Virus record (IMG/VR): IMGVR_UViG_3300000116_000009
Direction: 5' to 3' (one strand)
DNA length: 64,000 nt
From: an uncultured virus (IMG/VR IMGVR_UViG_3300000116_000009)
Lineage: Duplodnaviria; Heunggongvirae; Uroviricota; Caudoviricetes
The position numbers were made by a program, and so were the translations under genes. This document shows, piece by piece, positions 8,987 to 20,300 of the stretch (position 1 is the stretch's first letter; each line of letters starts with the position of its first letter). Below the pieces are notes generated by a model. That model made no database searches, was not told the origin of the DNA, and saw only the letters and a program-made list of their open reading frames with translations.

Positions 8987-9117
8987 TGAGTAAATCTTCA
9001 TCCAAACAACATTATACCCAATTAAAAAGTTGGCTTGATACTTTTAAAAAACAACCAACTAAAAAATCTCCAAAACCTGAAAGTAGATTAAGTTATTATG
9101 CTAAACAAGGATTATAA
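8986..9117 (+). CDS. small basic hypothetical protein (43 aa, not in ORF track)
   Basis: TAATG coupling; MSKSSSKQHYTQLKSWLDTF... Confidence 0.5.
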   Translation: MSKSSSKQHYTQLKSWLDTFKKQPTKKSPKPESRLSYYAKQGL

Positions 9118-9937
9118 TAAACAAACAGTATTTTATCAATCTTCCTTACCTAGAGCAGGAAGTACATTACTCCAAAATATAATAGGCCAAAATCCATTAT
9201 TTCATGTTACTCCTACTTCAGGTATGATTGATATGATGTTAGGTGCTCGAATTGGTTATAATGGTAATAAAGAGGCTTATGCTGGAGATAAAGATAAATG
9301 GAAAGAAGGGTTTTATTCATTTTGCAGAGAAGGATTTAAGGGTTATACAAAAACCTTTACTGACAAACCTTATATTTTAGATAAAAATAGGGCTTGGGGT
9401 TCATATTATTCTTTACTAAATAAAGTAAACCCAAATCCAAAAATTATTTTTATGGTTAGGGATTTAAGAGAAGTTTTTTCTTCTATGGAAAAAAAATTTA
9501 GAAATAATCCTGATAAAGATGAAGGTGAACTTAATAATGAAACATTAGCTGGAATTACAACTCAAAAACGTGTAGAAGCATGGGCAAGTGGTCATCCTAT
9601 AGGATATGCTATTCAAAAATTAAGCCAATCAATTCTAGATAAAACAGCTCATAATTTTATGTTTCTTAGATATGAAGATTTATGTTCTAATCCTGAATTT
9701 TGTATGAAAGATACCTACAAATTCCTAGAATTAGATTATTTTAAACATAATTTTCAAACTATACCTCAAATTACAGTTGAAGATGATACAGTACATGGTA
9801 TATATGGTGATCATACAATTAGAAATACTTTAAAAATGTTACCTAATGATTCTAAAGAAATCTTAGGTGAAACTACATGCAATGATATTTATAATAATTT
9901 TAGATGGTTTTTTGAATTTTTTAATTATAACAAATGA
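9098..9937 (+). CDS. PAPS-dependent sulfotransferase
   Basis: 5'-PSB loop SSLPRAGSTLL, ILDK, KIIFMVRD..S (3'-PB), LRYEDLC..P. Confidence 0.88.
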   Translation: MLNKDYNKQTVFYQSSLPRAGSTLLQNIIGQNPLFHVTPTSGMIDMMLGARIGYNGNKEAYAGDKDKWKEGFYSFCREGFKGYTKTFTDKPYILDKNRAWGSYYSLLNKVNPNPKIIFMVRDLREVFSSMEKKFRNNPDKDEGELNNETLAGITTQKRVEAWASGHPIGYAIQKLSQSILDKTAHNFMFLRYEDLCSNPEFCMKDTYKFLELDYFKHNFQTIPQITVEDDTVHGIYGDHTIRNTLKMLPNDSKEILGETTCNDIYNNFRWFFEFFNYNK

Positions 9938-10383
9938 TATATTGGTTTACAGGTCAACCAGGTGCTGGTAAAACGGTTTTAGCAAATAAGCTAAGCTATT
10001 TTATGGTAGGGTATACTCATCAGTTAGCCTTTCCAATAGATGGAGATCAAATGAGAGATTTATTCGTTAATAAAGATTATTCTATTAAAGGTAGAGTAGC
10101 TAATATAGATGCTGCTCAAAAAATATCTCATTACCTCCATAATGAAAACAAACTAGTAATTGTATCTTTAGTGTCACCTTATTTAGACCAACGTGAAGAA
10201 TTTAAGCAATTAATAGGCACGGACATCATGGAAATTTACGTTCATACTAGTAATATTAGAGGCAGGGAACAGTACCACGTGAAAGGATATCAACCACCAT
10301 TAAATAACTTTATTGACGTTGATACTACAATTGATACACCTGAAGAATCATTACAAAAAATTATAACCCAAATTAAAAAATGA
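9934..10383 (+). CDS. cysC: adenylyl-sulfate (APS) kinase
   Basis: WFTGQPGAGKT P-loop, IDGDQMR, R.ANI, VIVSLVSPY..R, YQPP. Confidence 0.85.
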   Translation: MIYWFTGQPGAGKTVLANKLSYFMVGYTHQLAFPIDGDQMRDLFVNKDYSIKGRVANIDAAQKISHYLHNENKLVIVSLVSPYLDQREEFKQLIGTDIMEIYVHTSNIRGREQYHVKGYQPPLNNFIDVDTTIDTPEESLQKIITQIKK

Positions 10384-10736
10384 AAGATCAATATTCACTA
10401 TTTGTAGGAAGGTGGCAACCTTTAACTGAAGGACATAAATGGCTTTTTAATGAACGTTTAAAAGAAGGTAAAAAGGTATGTATTGCTGTTCGTGACGTAG
10501 AACCAAGTGAAAACCAACCTTGGACTGCTGATGAAGTGATTCAAAATATAAAAGAAGAAATGTATTTTGAAGTAACTGAAGATAAAGTTATTATAATTAA
10601 AATTCCAGATATCGAATCTATTAATTATGGTAGAGGTGTTGGTTACGATGTTATAGAACATGTTCCACCTGAAAATATAAAACAAATTTCAGCAACCAAA
10701 GTAAGAAAACAAATGCGAAAAGATGGTAAGTTATAA
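10380..10736 (+). CDS. HIGH-superfamily nucleotidyltransferase (cytidylyltransferase/NMNAT-like); candidate minimal ATP sulfurylase
   Basis: GRWQPLTEGH (HxGH-like), YGRGVGY, ISATKVR; translationally coupled to cysC. Confidence 0.75.
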   Translation: MKDQYSLFVGRWQPLTEGHKWLFNERLKEGKKVCIAVRDVEPSENQPWTADEVIQNIKEEMYFEVTEDKVIIIKIPDIESINYGRGVGYDVIEHVPPENIKQISATKVRKQMRKDGKL

Positions 10737-10932
10737 ACGTCACATATTAAAAACAGTATCATGGAGAATTATAGGCACAATCGACACTATAATTCTTTCA
10801 GGTATTATTACAGGTAGTTGGACTTTAGGGTTAACTATAGGGGGAGTAGAAGTAATAACAAAAATGGTTCTTTATTTTTTACATGAAAGAGCTTGGTATA
10901 AATTTACCAAATTTGGCGTGTCTGAAAAATAA
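10723..10932 (+). CDS. DUF2061-family membrane protein
   Basis: RHILKTVSWRIIGTIDT..G.EVITKMVLYFLHERAW. Confidence 0.8.
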   Translation: MVSYKRHILKTVSWRIIGTIDTIILSGIITGSWTLGLTIGGVEVITKMVLYFLHERAWYKFTKFGVSEK

Positions 10933-10970
10933 TTTCTATATTTATTTGAGTACATTTCCAATTTATACTA

Positions 10971-10978
10971 ATATTTAT
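10971..10978 (+). promoter_or_regulatory. putative late promoter core ATATTTAT
   Basis: 20 nt before ATG 10999; second copy at 10938-10945. Confidence 0.5.
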
Positions 10979-10998
10979 AACAAATAGATATATAATTC

Positions 10999-13900
10999 AT
11001 GGCATCACTCAAGTCCACCACCATATCTGGGTCACTAGACAACTCAGGTTCACTTGCAATTTCGGGTTCTACACTAATCCCACCCTTTATAGAATCTTCA
11101 TTCACAGGTTCCTTTACTGGTTCTGCTGGTTTAATGTGGATAAATGCTGATACTAAAAATTTACAATACACAACAAATACCTCTTTAGGTACAATAAACT
11201 CTCCTGCTTCATTTTTAGGAGCATGGAGTGCTGGAGGTGCTTTAGCCGCAGCGGGTGCTTATATGGGAGGCGCTGGAACTTCAAATGCCGGTTTAGCTAT
11301 GGGTAATTGTGGTGGTAACACAGATGGTACTCAATGTTATGATGGTAGTACTTGGTCAGTTGGTTCTGATATGGGTGACGCTAAATCATATGCAGGTGAT
11401 GCTGGAACCCAAAATTCAGCAATTAGTTTTGGTGGACTAGGAGGTTCAGCAACAACAAAATGGAATGGTTCAGCTTGGTCAACAGGTACTGCATTAATTA
11501 CTAATAGATATCTTTTAGCGGGAGCTGGATTTCCAGATGCAGCATTAGCTATGGCTGGTTTTATTGCACCTGCATCATCAACAACATGTACAGAAGAATA
11601 TAATGGTTCATCTTGGGCGACAGGTGGTGCTATAAGTATAGGTAGAAGAGGTATTATGGGTGGTGGAACCCAAAATGATGCAATAGCATTTGGTGGGAGA
11701 CTTCAACCATCAAATCTTACTCTAGCTACATACAATGAAATATATGATGGTACAGCTTGGGCATTAGGGAATTGTATGAGTGTAAATAAAATAAATGGTG
11801 GTGCTGCAGCAGTAGGCTCTTCTGATGCATTAGCATACGGTGGGTATCAGAACCCTTCGACTGCAGTAGCATTTACTGAAGAATATAATGGAACTTCATG
11901 GATAACAGCAAATCCTTTACCTGAAGCTATTCAAATGCAAGGAGGAACAGGAACAACTGCTAGCGCTTTATCTTTTGGTGGACTTTCACCAGCAACATCA
12001 ACTACTTATCAAAATGAAAAAGATAATATAGCACCATATACAACTTGTGTATGGACAAGTGGTGCAGGAATGATCAATTCAAGATCATTAGGAGCAGGAG
12101 CAGGAACACAAACAGCAACATTAGCTTTTGGAGGATATAATCCAACAAAACTATCCGCTACAGAAGAATATGATGGTACAAATTGGTCAGCAGGTGGAGC
12201 TATGTCTATTGCAAGATATGGTTTAGCAGGAGCTGGAACTCAAAATGCTGCTTTAGCTATTGCAGGATATGTTACAGGTAATGTAACCTGTGTAGAAGAA
12301 TATAACGGTACAGCTTGGGGTACAGGTGGTGCTTTTACTATTGCAACAAACGGTTTAGCAGGAGCAGGAACACAAAATGCTGGATTAGCTTTTGGAGGAG
12401 GAACTCCATCAAACACAGCCAACACATACGAGTATGACGGATCATCTTGGACTGGAGGAGGTGCCTTGGCTATCGCAAGAGGTCGTATAGCAGGAATAGG
12501 GATACAGACTGCAGCATTAGCTTTTGGAGGAGAAGCTCCATCAAACACAGCCGCCACAGAAGAGTACAATGGGACAGCTTGGAGTACAGGTGGTAACTTA
12601 ATTACTGCAAAGGACGGGATGGCAGGATCAGGAACACAAAATACTGGATTAGCTTTTGGAGGAGCAACTCCAGTAAACACAGGCGATACAGAAGAATATG
12701 ATGGTTCATCTTGGACAGCAGGTAGTGCGCTGATTAGTGCAAGATCACTTTTGTCAGGAGCTGGAACGCAAGATGCTGGGTTAGCATTTGGAGGGAAAAT
12801 TTCTAGTGCTACAAATACTACAGAATTATTTTCAGCATTCTGTTCAACAACATTTTGTAACCAAATCGGAGCATGGAGTGGAGCAGCTTCTATGACAGAT
12901 TCAAAATATGCAATGGGTGGTACTGGTGTAACTAATGCTGCTTTAGCAATTGGAGGTAATGATGGGGGCAATGCTTGTAAAACAGAAGAATATAACGGTA
13001 CAGCTTGGTCCTCAGGGGGTAATATGATAGTAGCAAGGTCATATCTTGGATCAAATGGATCTCAAGATGCAGCATTAGCATTTGGAGGTCTTACCCCTTC
13101 AGCTGGAAATGCAACAGAAGAATATGATGGTTCAACTTGGACAGCAGGTGGTGCTTTGATTATAGCAAGAAGTCAATTAGGCGCTGCAGGCACACAAAAT
13201 GCTGGATTAGCTTTTGGAGGAGCAACTCCAGTAAACACAGGCGCTACAGAAGAATATAACGGTACAGCTTGGACAGCAGGTGGTGCTTTAATAACAGGAA
13301 GAAGTAATATATCATCTGCTGGAACACAAAATGCTGCATTTGCAGCAACTGGTGGTACTCCTTCTAGAGTAAACACTACTGAAGTGTATGATGGTACAAA
13401 TTGGGCTACTTCAGCTTCTACCGTTGGACCAGCTAGATATGAAGGGTGTGGAGCTGGATCCCAAGGTGCAGGAATAATATTTGGAGGAATTAATCCTCCT
13501 ACTTTACCAAATCTTTCAATAACAGAAGAATTTAATAATACATCTTGGTCAATAACTTCACCTATGAGTACTGCTAGAAGCTCATTTGGATCCGCCCTTA
13601 ATGGAACCCAACAATCTTCCCTAGTTTTCGGAAACTACCCAGCTTCAACCACTACAGAAGAATATACATACGGTACTGCATGCATATCAGCATGGAGTGC
13701 AGGTGGTGCCCTAATTAATGGAAGTAATGATGGAGCAGCAGCAGGTACCCAAAACGCAGCATTAAACTTTGCAGGTGCCTTCCCAGCTGTAAATGATGAA
13801 TTGACTTGTACAGAAAAATATGATGGTACATCTTGGTCTGCAGCTTCTGCTCTGATTAAAGGAAAAATTAATACTGCAGGAGCGGGAACACAAGATGCAG

Positions 13901-14583
13901 CATTAAATTTTGGAGGTAATGGTAATGCACCTTTCTTTTTCCCTGACACAGAAGAATATGATGGCTCAACTTGGTCAGTAGGTGGTAATTTAATCGTAGG
14001 AAGAAGAGAATTAAGTGGAACAGGTACCCAAAATGCAGGATTAGCATTTGCTGGTTTTGCTCCATCAAATACTTACTCAACCTGTACCGAAGAATATGAT
14101 GGTTCAACATGGGCAACAGGTAATGCTATGAGTGTTGGGAGAAAATCTGGATCTGGTTTTGGTGCCCAAAATGCAGCATTATCAGCAGCTGGTTATGTAT
14201 CACCTGGTGTAACTACTAATATAGCTGAATTATATGATGGTACATCTTGGTCGTCAACAACATCCTTATTAACATCCAGATATTTTTTAGCATCAGCAGG
14301 AACACAAGATGCGGGGATAGCATTTGGAGGTAATATTGCATATAATAATTTTGATTCAAGTTTTCACACAGAGGAATGGAATGGTATAGGTTGGTCATCA
14401 ACTAGTGGTTTAATTAATGGTAGAACTGAGTTAAATGGAACCGGAACACAAGGTGCTGCATTAGCAATGAGTGGTAGAAACTCTGCATCAATATTAAAAT
14501 TTACAGAAGAATTTACAAATAATAATCAACGTGGTGCAGGATTAAAAAGTTTTGCAGCATCAGTAGTATTTGAAACCGAATAA
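10999..14583 (+). CDS. Kelch-like beta-propeller repeat protein A (24 blades), probable virion fibre/adhesin
   Basis: about 44 aa repeat W-x-x-GG-x-L-x-x-AR..AGAGTQNAALAFGG..P..TEEY(N/D)G; longer linker after every 6th repeat. Confidence 0.8.
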   Translation: MASLKSTTISGSLDNSGSLAISGSTLIPPFIESSFTGSFTGSAGLMWINADTKNLQYTTNTSLGTINSPASFLGAWSAGGALAAAGAYMGGAGTSNAGLAMGNCGGNTDGTQCYDGSTWSVGSDMGDAKSYAGDAGTQNSAISFGGLGGSATTKWNGSAWSTGTALITNRYLLAGAGFPDAALAMAGFIAPASSTTCTEEYNGSSWATGGAISIGRRGIMGGGTQNDAIAFGGRLQPSNLTLATYNEIYDGTAWALGNCMSVNKINGGAAAVGSSDALAYGGYQNPSTAVAFTEEYNGTSWITANPLPEAIQMQGGTGTTASALSFGGLSPATSTTYQNEKDNIAPYTTCVWTSGAGMINSRSLGAGAGTQTATLAFGGYNPTKLSATEEYDGTNWSAGGAMSIARYGLAGAGTQNAALAIAGYVTGNVTCVEEYNGTAWGTGGAFTIATNGLAGAGTQNAGLAFGGGTPSNTANTYEYDGSSWTGGGALAIARGRIAGIGIQTAALAFGGEAPSNTAATEEYNGTAWSTGGNLITAKDGMAGSGTQNTGLAFGGATPVNTGDTEEYDGSSWTAGSALISARSLLSGAGTQDAGLAFGGKISSATNTTELFSAFCSTTFCNQIGAWSGAASMTDSKYAMGGTGVTNAALAIGGNDGGNACKTEEYNGTAWSSGGNMIVARSYLGSNGSQDAALAFGGLTPSAGNATEEYDGSTWTAGGALIIARSQLGAAGTQNAGLAFGGATPVNTGATEEYNGTAWTAGGALITGRSNISSAGTQNAAFAATGGTPSRVNTTEVYDGTNWATSASTVGPARYEGCGAGSQGAGIIFGGINPPTLPNLSITEEFNNTSWSITSPMSTARSSFGSALNGTQQSSLVFGNYPASTTTEEYTYGTACISAWSAGGALINGSNDGAAAGTQNAALNFAGAFPAVNDELTCTEKYDGTSWSAASALIKGKINTAGAGTQDAALNFGGNGNAPFFFPDTEEYDGSTWSVGGNLIVGRRELSGTGTQNAGLAFAGFAPSNTYSTCTEEYDGSTWATGNAMSVGRKSGSGFGAQNAALSAAGYVSPGVTTNIAELYDGTSWSSTTSLLTSRYFLASAGTQDAGIAFGGNIAYNNFDSSFHTEEWNGIGWSSTSGLINGRTELNGTGTQGAALAMSGRNSASILKFTEEFTNNNQRGAGLKSFAASVVFETE

Positions 14584-14587
14584 TAAA

Positions 14588-14595
14588 ATATTTAT
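14588..14595 (+). promoter_or_regulatory. putative late promoter core ATATTTAT
   Basis: in the 25 nt gap between repeat genes A and B. Confidence 0.5.
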
Positions 14596-14608
14596 ATAAA
14601 AATAAAAA

Positions 14609-17314
14609 ATGGCACAATTACTCCAAACAGAAATATCCGGTTCCAATGATAATACAGGTTCCTTAATTATAACAGGTTCACAGCCAATACAATTACCACT
14701 ATTAAATAGTGGTTCAGGTGAAGTTACATCCGATGTTGGATATCAATTTTGGTTCGATAGTGGAGATAATTATGTAAAATATAATACAATTGGATCTTTT
14801 GGAACAGGAGTGTGGAGTGCAGGAGGTGCTTTAAGTATAGCAAGATATAATTTAGGAGGAGCAGGAATACAAAATGCAGCATTAGCTATTGGTGGATTCC
14901 CAGCTGGTACAACAAGTACAGAAGAATATAATGGTTCATCTTGGACAGCAGGTGGTTCTTTAAGTACTGGAAGAGGATGTCTAGCAGGAGCAGGAACACA
15001 AAACGCAGCATTAGCTTCTGGTGGTTATACACCTTCAGTAGTTTCATGTACAGAAGAATATGATGGTACATCTTGGTCAGCAGGTGGTGCTTTAATTCAA
15101 GCTAGATCCGCTTTAGGAGGAGCAGGAACACAAAACACAGGCTTAATATTTGGTGGTAAAACCCCTTCAGTAGTTTCATGTACAGAAGAATATAATGGTT
15201 CATCTTGGGCCACAGGTGGTGTTATAATTACTGCAAGGAGAAATCTAAGTGGAACAGGAACTCAAAATTCATCCTTAGCAATAGGTGGTGCAACACCTAC
15301 AGTAGTTTCATGTAATGAAGAATATAATGGTTCATCTTGGTCATCAGGTGATGCTCTACCAGTAGCCATACAAGTTGGTGCTGCAGCAGGTGCAGATCAA
15401 AATTCATCATTATTTTTTGGAGGAAATCCTACAACAAGTGCAACACATCAATATGATGGGACATCATGGGAAACTGTTAATAGTATGGCAGTAGCTAAGG
15501 AAAATCTTGCAGGAGCAGGAACACAACTATCTGCACTAGCTTTTGGAGGAGCAGCACCTAGCGCTACAACCTTAACAGAAGAATACACACGTCCATTTAT
15601 ACAACCATTTTCATGTTATTTACCAGGTACATGGAGTGCAGGTGGTGCCTTAATTGTAGCAAGAAAAGGTCTATCAGTAGCAGGAACACCAGCTGCAGCC
15701 GTAGGATTTGGTGGTCAAAATCCTTCAGCATTAAGTTGTACAGAAAATTATAACGGTACAGCTTGGTCAACAAGTGGAGCATTAAATAATGGAAGATATT
15801 TTGCAGGAGGTCCAAAAGCAGGAACACAAAATGCAGCCTTAGCTTTTGGTGGACAAACTCCAACTATAGTAGCATGTGTAGAAGAATATAATGGTTCAGC
15901 TTGGACTAATGCAACCGCTTTGTCTGTTCCTGTTACACTACATGGGGGAACAGGAACACAAAATGCAGCATTATCATTTGGGGGTGCAAACCCGTCTAAT
16001 GTAACAAACTCATATGAATATGATGGTACAAACTGGACAGCAGGTGGTGCTTTACCTATAGCATGTATATTTCAATCGGGGATAGGATCACAAAATGCAG
16101 CACTAGGATTTGGAGGTAATCCAGGAACTACAGGTACAGTAAAATATGATGGCACTTCATGGTCAACAGCACCTTCCGGTTTAAATACAGGAAGAACTAA
16201 ATCTTCAGGAGCAGGAACCCAAAATGATGGATTAGCAGCTGGAGGAGGTGGCCCCATACCAAATACTGAAAGATATGATGGTACATCATGGTCAACCAGC
16301 ACTAATATGATAACTTCAAGAGATTCATTAGGTGGAGATGGATCAACAGGAGTAGCATCATTACAAGCAGGAGGTTCTACATCAGCTCCAACTATGGTAG
16401 CATGTACAGAAGAATATACAGAAACATTAATTTGCACAAACACTTATAAATGTAATTTACCAAATGCATGGAGTGCAGGTGGTGCTTTAATAACAGCAAG
16501 AGGTGCATTAGCAGGAGCTGGTACACAAAATGCTGGATTAGCTTTTGCAGGATCAACTGGTGGTGCTAGTGATGTTGCTTGTACTGAAGAATATGATGGT
16601 TCATCTTGGGCAGCTGGTGGAGCTGTAGCTATTGCTAGACGTAATGTAGCAGGAGCAGGAACACAAAATGCAGCACTATTATTTGGTGGAGTAACAACAT
16701 CAGCTACAGAAGAATATAATGGTACATCTTGGTCACCAGGTGGCTCTTTAGGTTCAGCACGATGGGGTTTAGGAGGTATAGGAACACAAAATGCCGCCCT
16801 AGCATTTGGTGGTGGGTTAAATGTATCTAATACAGAAGAATATAATGGTACATCTTGGTCACCAGGTGGTGCTTTAATTACACCTAGGGGAGTATTAGCA
16901 GGAGCAGGAACACAGAATGCTGGATTAGCATTTGGTGGTAGTACTCCTACTATTACAGGTGCTACTGAAGAATATGATGGTTCTTCTTGGGCAACGAGTA
17001 ATAACTTAATCGTTGCAAGATCACATTTAGCAGGAGCAGGTACCCAAAATGCAGCAATAGCAATGGCGGGTTATACCAACGCTGTAGTATCATGTAGTGA
17101 ACTTTATGATGGTACATCTTGGTCAACTACTAATGCTTTAGCAACAGCAAGATATGTTTTAGCAGGGGCAGGTATACAAAATGCTGCATTAGCATTCGGT
17201 GGTGCTGCAGGTTCTACAGTAACTTGTACTGAAGAATATGATGAAGGTGCTTGTGTTTTCTTTAATAGAGACACTTGTACAAGATGTTTATCAGCAACCT
17301 GCACACAAATATAA
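14609..17314 (+). CDS. Kelch-like beta-propeller repeat protein B (18 blades), probable virion fibre/adhesin
   Basis: same repeat; 3 x 6 organisation; Cys-rich C-terminus CVFFNRDTCTRCLSATC. Confidence 0.8.
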   Translation: MAQLLQTEISGSNDNTGSLIITGSQPIQLPLLNSGSGEVTSDVGYQFWFDSGDNYVKYNTIGSFGTGVWSAGGALSIARYNLGGAGIQNAALAIGGFPAGTTSTEEYNGSSWTAGGSLSTGRGCLAGAGTQNAALASGGYTPSVVSCTEEYDGTSWSAGGALIQARSALGGAGTQNTGLIFGGKTPSVVSCTEEYNGSSWATGGVIITARRNLSGTGTQNSSLAIGGATPTVVSCNEEYNGSSWSSGDALPVAIQVGAAAGADQNSSLFFGGNPTTSATHQYDGTSWETVNSMAVAKENLAGAGTQLSALAFGGAAPSATTLTEEYTRPFIQPFSCYLPGTWSAGGALIVARKGLSVAGTPAAAVGFGGQNPSALSCTENYNGTAWSTSGALNNGRYFAGGPKAGTQNAALAFGGQTPTIVACVEEYNGSAWTNATALSVPVTLHGGTGTQNAALSFGGANPSNVTNSYEYDGTNWTAGGALPIACIFQSGIGSQNAALGFGGNPGTTGTVKYDGTSWSTAPSGLNTGRTKSSGAGTQNDGLAAGGGGPIPNTERYDGTSWSTSTNMITSRDSLGGDGSTGVASLQAGGSTSAPTMVACTEEYTETLICTNTYKCNLPNAWSAGGALITARGALAGAGTQNAGLAFAGSTGGASDVACTEEYDGSSWAAGGAVAIARRNVAGAGTQNAALLFGGVTTSATEEYNGTSWSPGGSLGSARWGLGGIGTQNAALAFGGGLNVSNTEEYNGTSWSPGGALITPRGVLAGAGTQNAGLAFGGSTPTITGATEEYDGSSWATSNNLIVARSHLAGAGTQNAAIAMAGYTNAVVSCSELYDGTSWSTTNALATARYVLAGAGIQNAALAFGGAAGSTVTCTEEYDEGACVFFNRDTCTRCLSATCTQI

Positions 17315-17321
17315 TAAATTA

Positions 17322-17329
17322 ATATTTAT
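17322..17329 (+). promoter_or_regulatory. putative late promoter core ATATTTAT
   Basis: in the 32 nt gap between repeat genes B and C. Confidence 0.5.
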
Positions 17330-17346
17330 ATCAAAATACAAAATAA

Positions 17347-20300
17347 ATGGCAAGTTTAAAGCAAACATCAATAACAGGATCATTATTAGTATCCGGATCC
17401 TCAATTATAATGCCAAACTTATCCGCTAGTGTAGACAGTGGTTCAGGTGGTCAAATGTGGATTGATGATTCAGCTGGACTAGAATTAAAATTTACTCAAG
17501 TTGGTTCTTATGGTTCTCAAAATTCACCATTTACTTGTTTAGGAGCGTGGAGTGCTGGAGGTGCTATGAGTATTGCAAGAACCAATTTAGGAGGAGCGGG
17601 AAAACAAAATACTACATTAGCATTTGCAGGAGCTACTCCTACCCTTAGTAATTCAACAGAAGAATATAATGGTTCAGCATGGTCTGCAGGAAGTAATATG
17701 AATATAGCTAGATGTGATCTTGGGGGAGCAGGTTCTAGTCCCTCTAGTACATTAGCATTTGGTGGTGTTGTATCAGGTAATAGTATAATTGCTTGTACTG
17801 AAGAATATAATGGTTCTTCTTGGTCAACAGGTGGAGTTTTAATTACTGCAAGACTTTATTTATCAGGAAATGGAGAACAAAATGCTGCATTAGCATATGG
17901 TGGGATGACCCCTACTCAAGTGTCATGTACAGAAGAATATAATGGTTCAGCATGGTCTGCAGGTGGTGCAATGCCAGCTACAACTCGTAATTTAGCAGGA
18001 GCTGGTACCGTTTCAGCTGCTATAGCTATGGGTGGAGTGGGAGATCAAGATGGTACTGTATTATATAATGGTTCTACTTGGAGTAGTACTACAAATATGA
18101 ATATAAGTAGACAGGACAACGCAGCAGCAGGTGCTGGTTCATCTTCTTCAACATTAGTATTTGGTGGTTATAATCCTAATTTTTGTAATGTTACAGAAGA
18201 ATGGAATGGTAACACTTGGGCACTTGGTAATAACTTAATTTCAGCTAGAAAAGATTTAGCTGGGGCAGGAACTCAAAGAGAAGCATTAGCCTTTGGAGGT
18301 AGTACTCCTACTATAGTAGCATGTACTGAAGAATACACAAAAACATTATTATCACCATTCACATACGATGCTGCACCATCAAGCGATAGTTGGAGTGTTG
18401 GTGCTTCTTTAATAACAGGAACCCGTAAACCAGCTGGTTTTGGAACTCAAAATGCCGCAGTTGCAGCAGGAGGATCAAATAGAGTTTCACCTAGTGTATC
18501 ATTAACGTGTACACAACTTTATAACGGTTCTACTTGGTCAGCAGGTGGTGCTATGATTCAAGATAGATGTTCAATGGCAGGTGGTGGAACACAACCTGCA
18601 GGTTTTATAGCAGGTGGTTCAAATACACCAACAAAATATTCAAATACAGAAGAATATAACGGTTCAGCTTGGGCAAATGGTGGCGCTTTAATTACAGCTA
18701 GAAGTTTTAACATAGGAGGTGGAACACAAAATGCAGGATTATCAATGGGTGGTTATACTCCATCAAATTCAACTTGTATAGAAGAATATAACGGTACAGC
18801 TTGGGCTACTGCAGGTGCTTTATCTACTGCTAGATACGGAGCGGCAAATAATGCTGGACCTAGTCAAACGGATGGAGTTGTTATAGGTGGTTATCCCCAA
18901 GCTGCAGCTGCGGGTACTGCATTTGAAATTTGGAATGGTACATCTGTTTCAACAGGACCCAATGTAGCTAAATGTACAGCAAATGGAGGAGGAGGTGTTA
19001 CTGATTCAAATAATATTACAATTAATACTGGAGCAGCTCCAACTTCACAAGTATATAATGGTACAGCTTGGTCATTTGGAGCTTCATTACCCGAAACCAT
19101 GGATTCAAGCGCTAGTGCTGGTTCAGGAACTGCATGGGGTGTATTTGGTGGTATATGCGCAGCTCCAAGTGCTACTGCTAATGTATTTCTTTTATATAAT
19201 ACAGAAACTAATCTTTGCTCAACAACACCATTTCAATTAGGTGTATGGAGTGAAGGAACTCCTTTAATAACGGCGAGAGAGGGTGGTGGTGGAAGTGGTA
19301 CTATAAATGCTGCTTTATTGGCTGCGGGTGCTACACCATCTGTATCAACATGTACAGAAGAATATAATGGTTCCTCTTGGTCAGCAGGTGGTGCTTTAAT
19401 AAATGCAAGAGCTGATCTTGGAGCAAATGGAACACAAAATGCTTCTTTAGCAGTAGGTGGACGAACCCCATCATATCTAAGTAGTACTGAAGAATATAAT
19501 GGTTCAACTTGGTCATCCTCAGTACCAGCTAGTAATTTAAGTGTTGCAAGAGGTTATCTTTCTTCAGTAGGAACACAAAATGCTGCTCTAGCTCTCGCAG
19601 GGTATACTCCAACTACAGTAGCATGTGTTGAAGCTTATAATGGTTCAACATGGTCAACTTCAACAGCTTTAATTAACGCTGTATTTTCTCCTGCAGCGGG
19701 TGGTTCACAAAATGCTGCTTTTAACGCAGGGGGGTATGGTGGTGGAAATAATAAAACTGAAGAATGGAATGGTAGTTCTTGGTCAGCAGCAGCTATTTTG
19801 AATATTGCAAGATATGAGTTATGTGGTGCAGGTACTCCAACTGCTGGACTGGCTTTTATGGGTACAAATGGTGCTCAATTATCATGTACAGAAGAATATA
19901 ATGGTGCTGCATGGTCTAATGCTAAAGGTATGTCTACTGCAAGAAATAGAGGTGGTGGTGCGGGAATACAAAATGCAGCTATAGCAATGGGTGGTCGTAA
20001 TTCATCTCCTACTGTTGTAAGTTGTGTTGAAGAATATGTATATGCTGATTTTTGTGTTGGTGCATGGAGTGCGGTTGCTAATATGAATGTTGCAGTAAGA
20101 GATGGAGTTGGTGGAGGAACTCAAAATGCCGCTATACAAGCAACAGGAGCTAATCCATCTGCAGCAAGTGGTCAAACTCAAACATATGATGGTTCTACTT
20201 GGACTACTCAAACTTCTGCCCCTGTTAATATATGTGAATCAGCAGGTGGTGGTACACAAACAGCATTTTTTCAAGCTAGTGGATTTCCAACAACCCCAAC

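Noticed and set aside
12630..13257. Diversity-generating retroelement TR/VR pair (the mismatches in the 66 nt duplicate fall at adenines of one copy)
   Set aside because: Only 2-3 mismatches in an A-rich sequence, flanking differences are not A-specific, both copies are internal coding blades and no reverse transcriptase is in the window.
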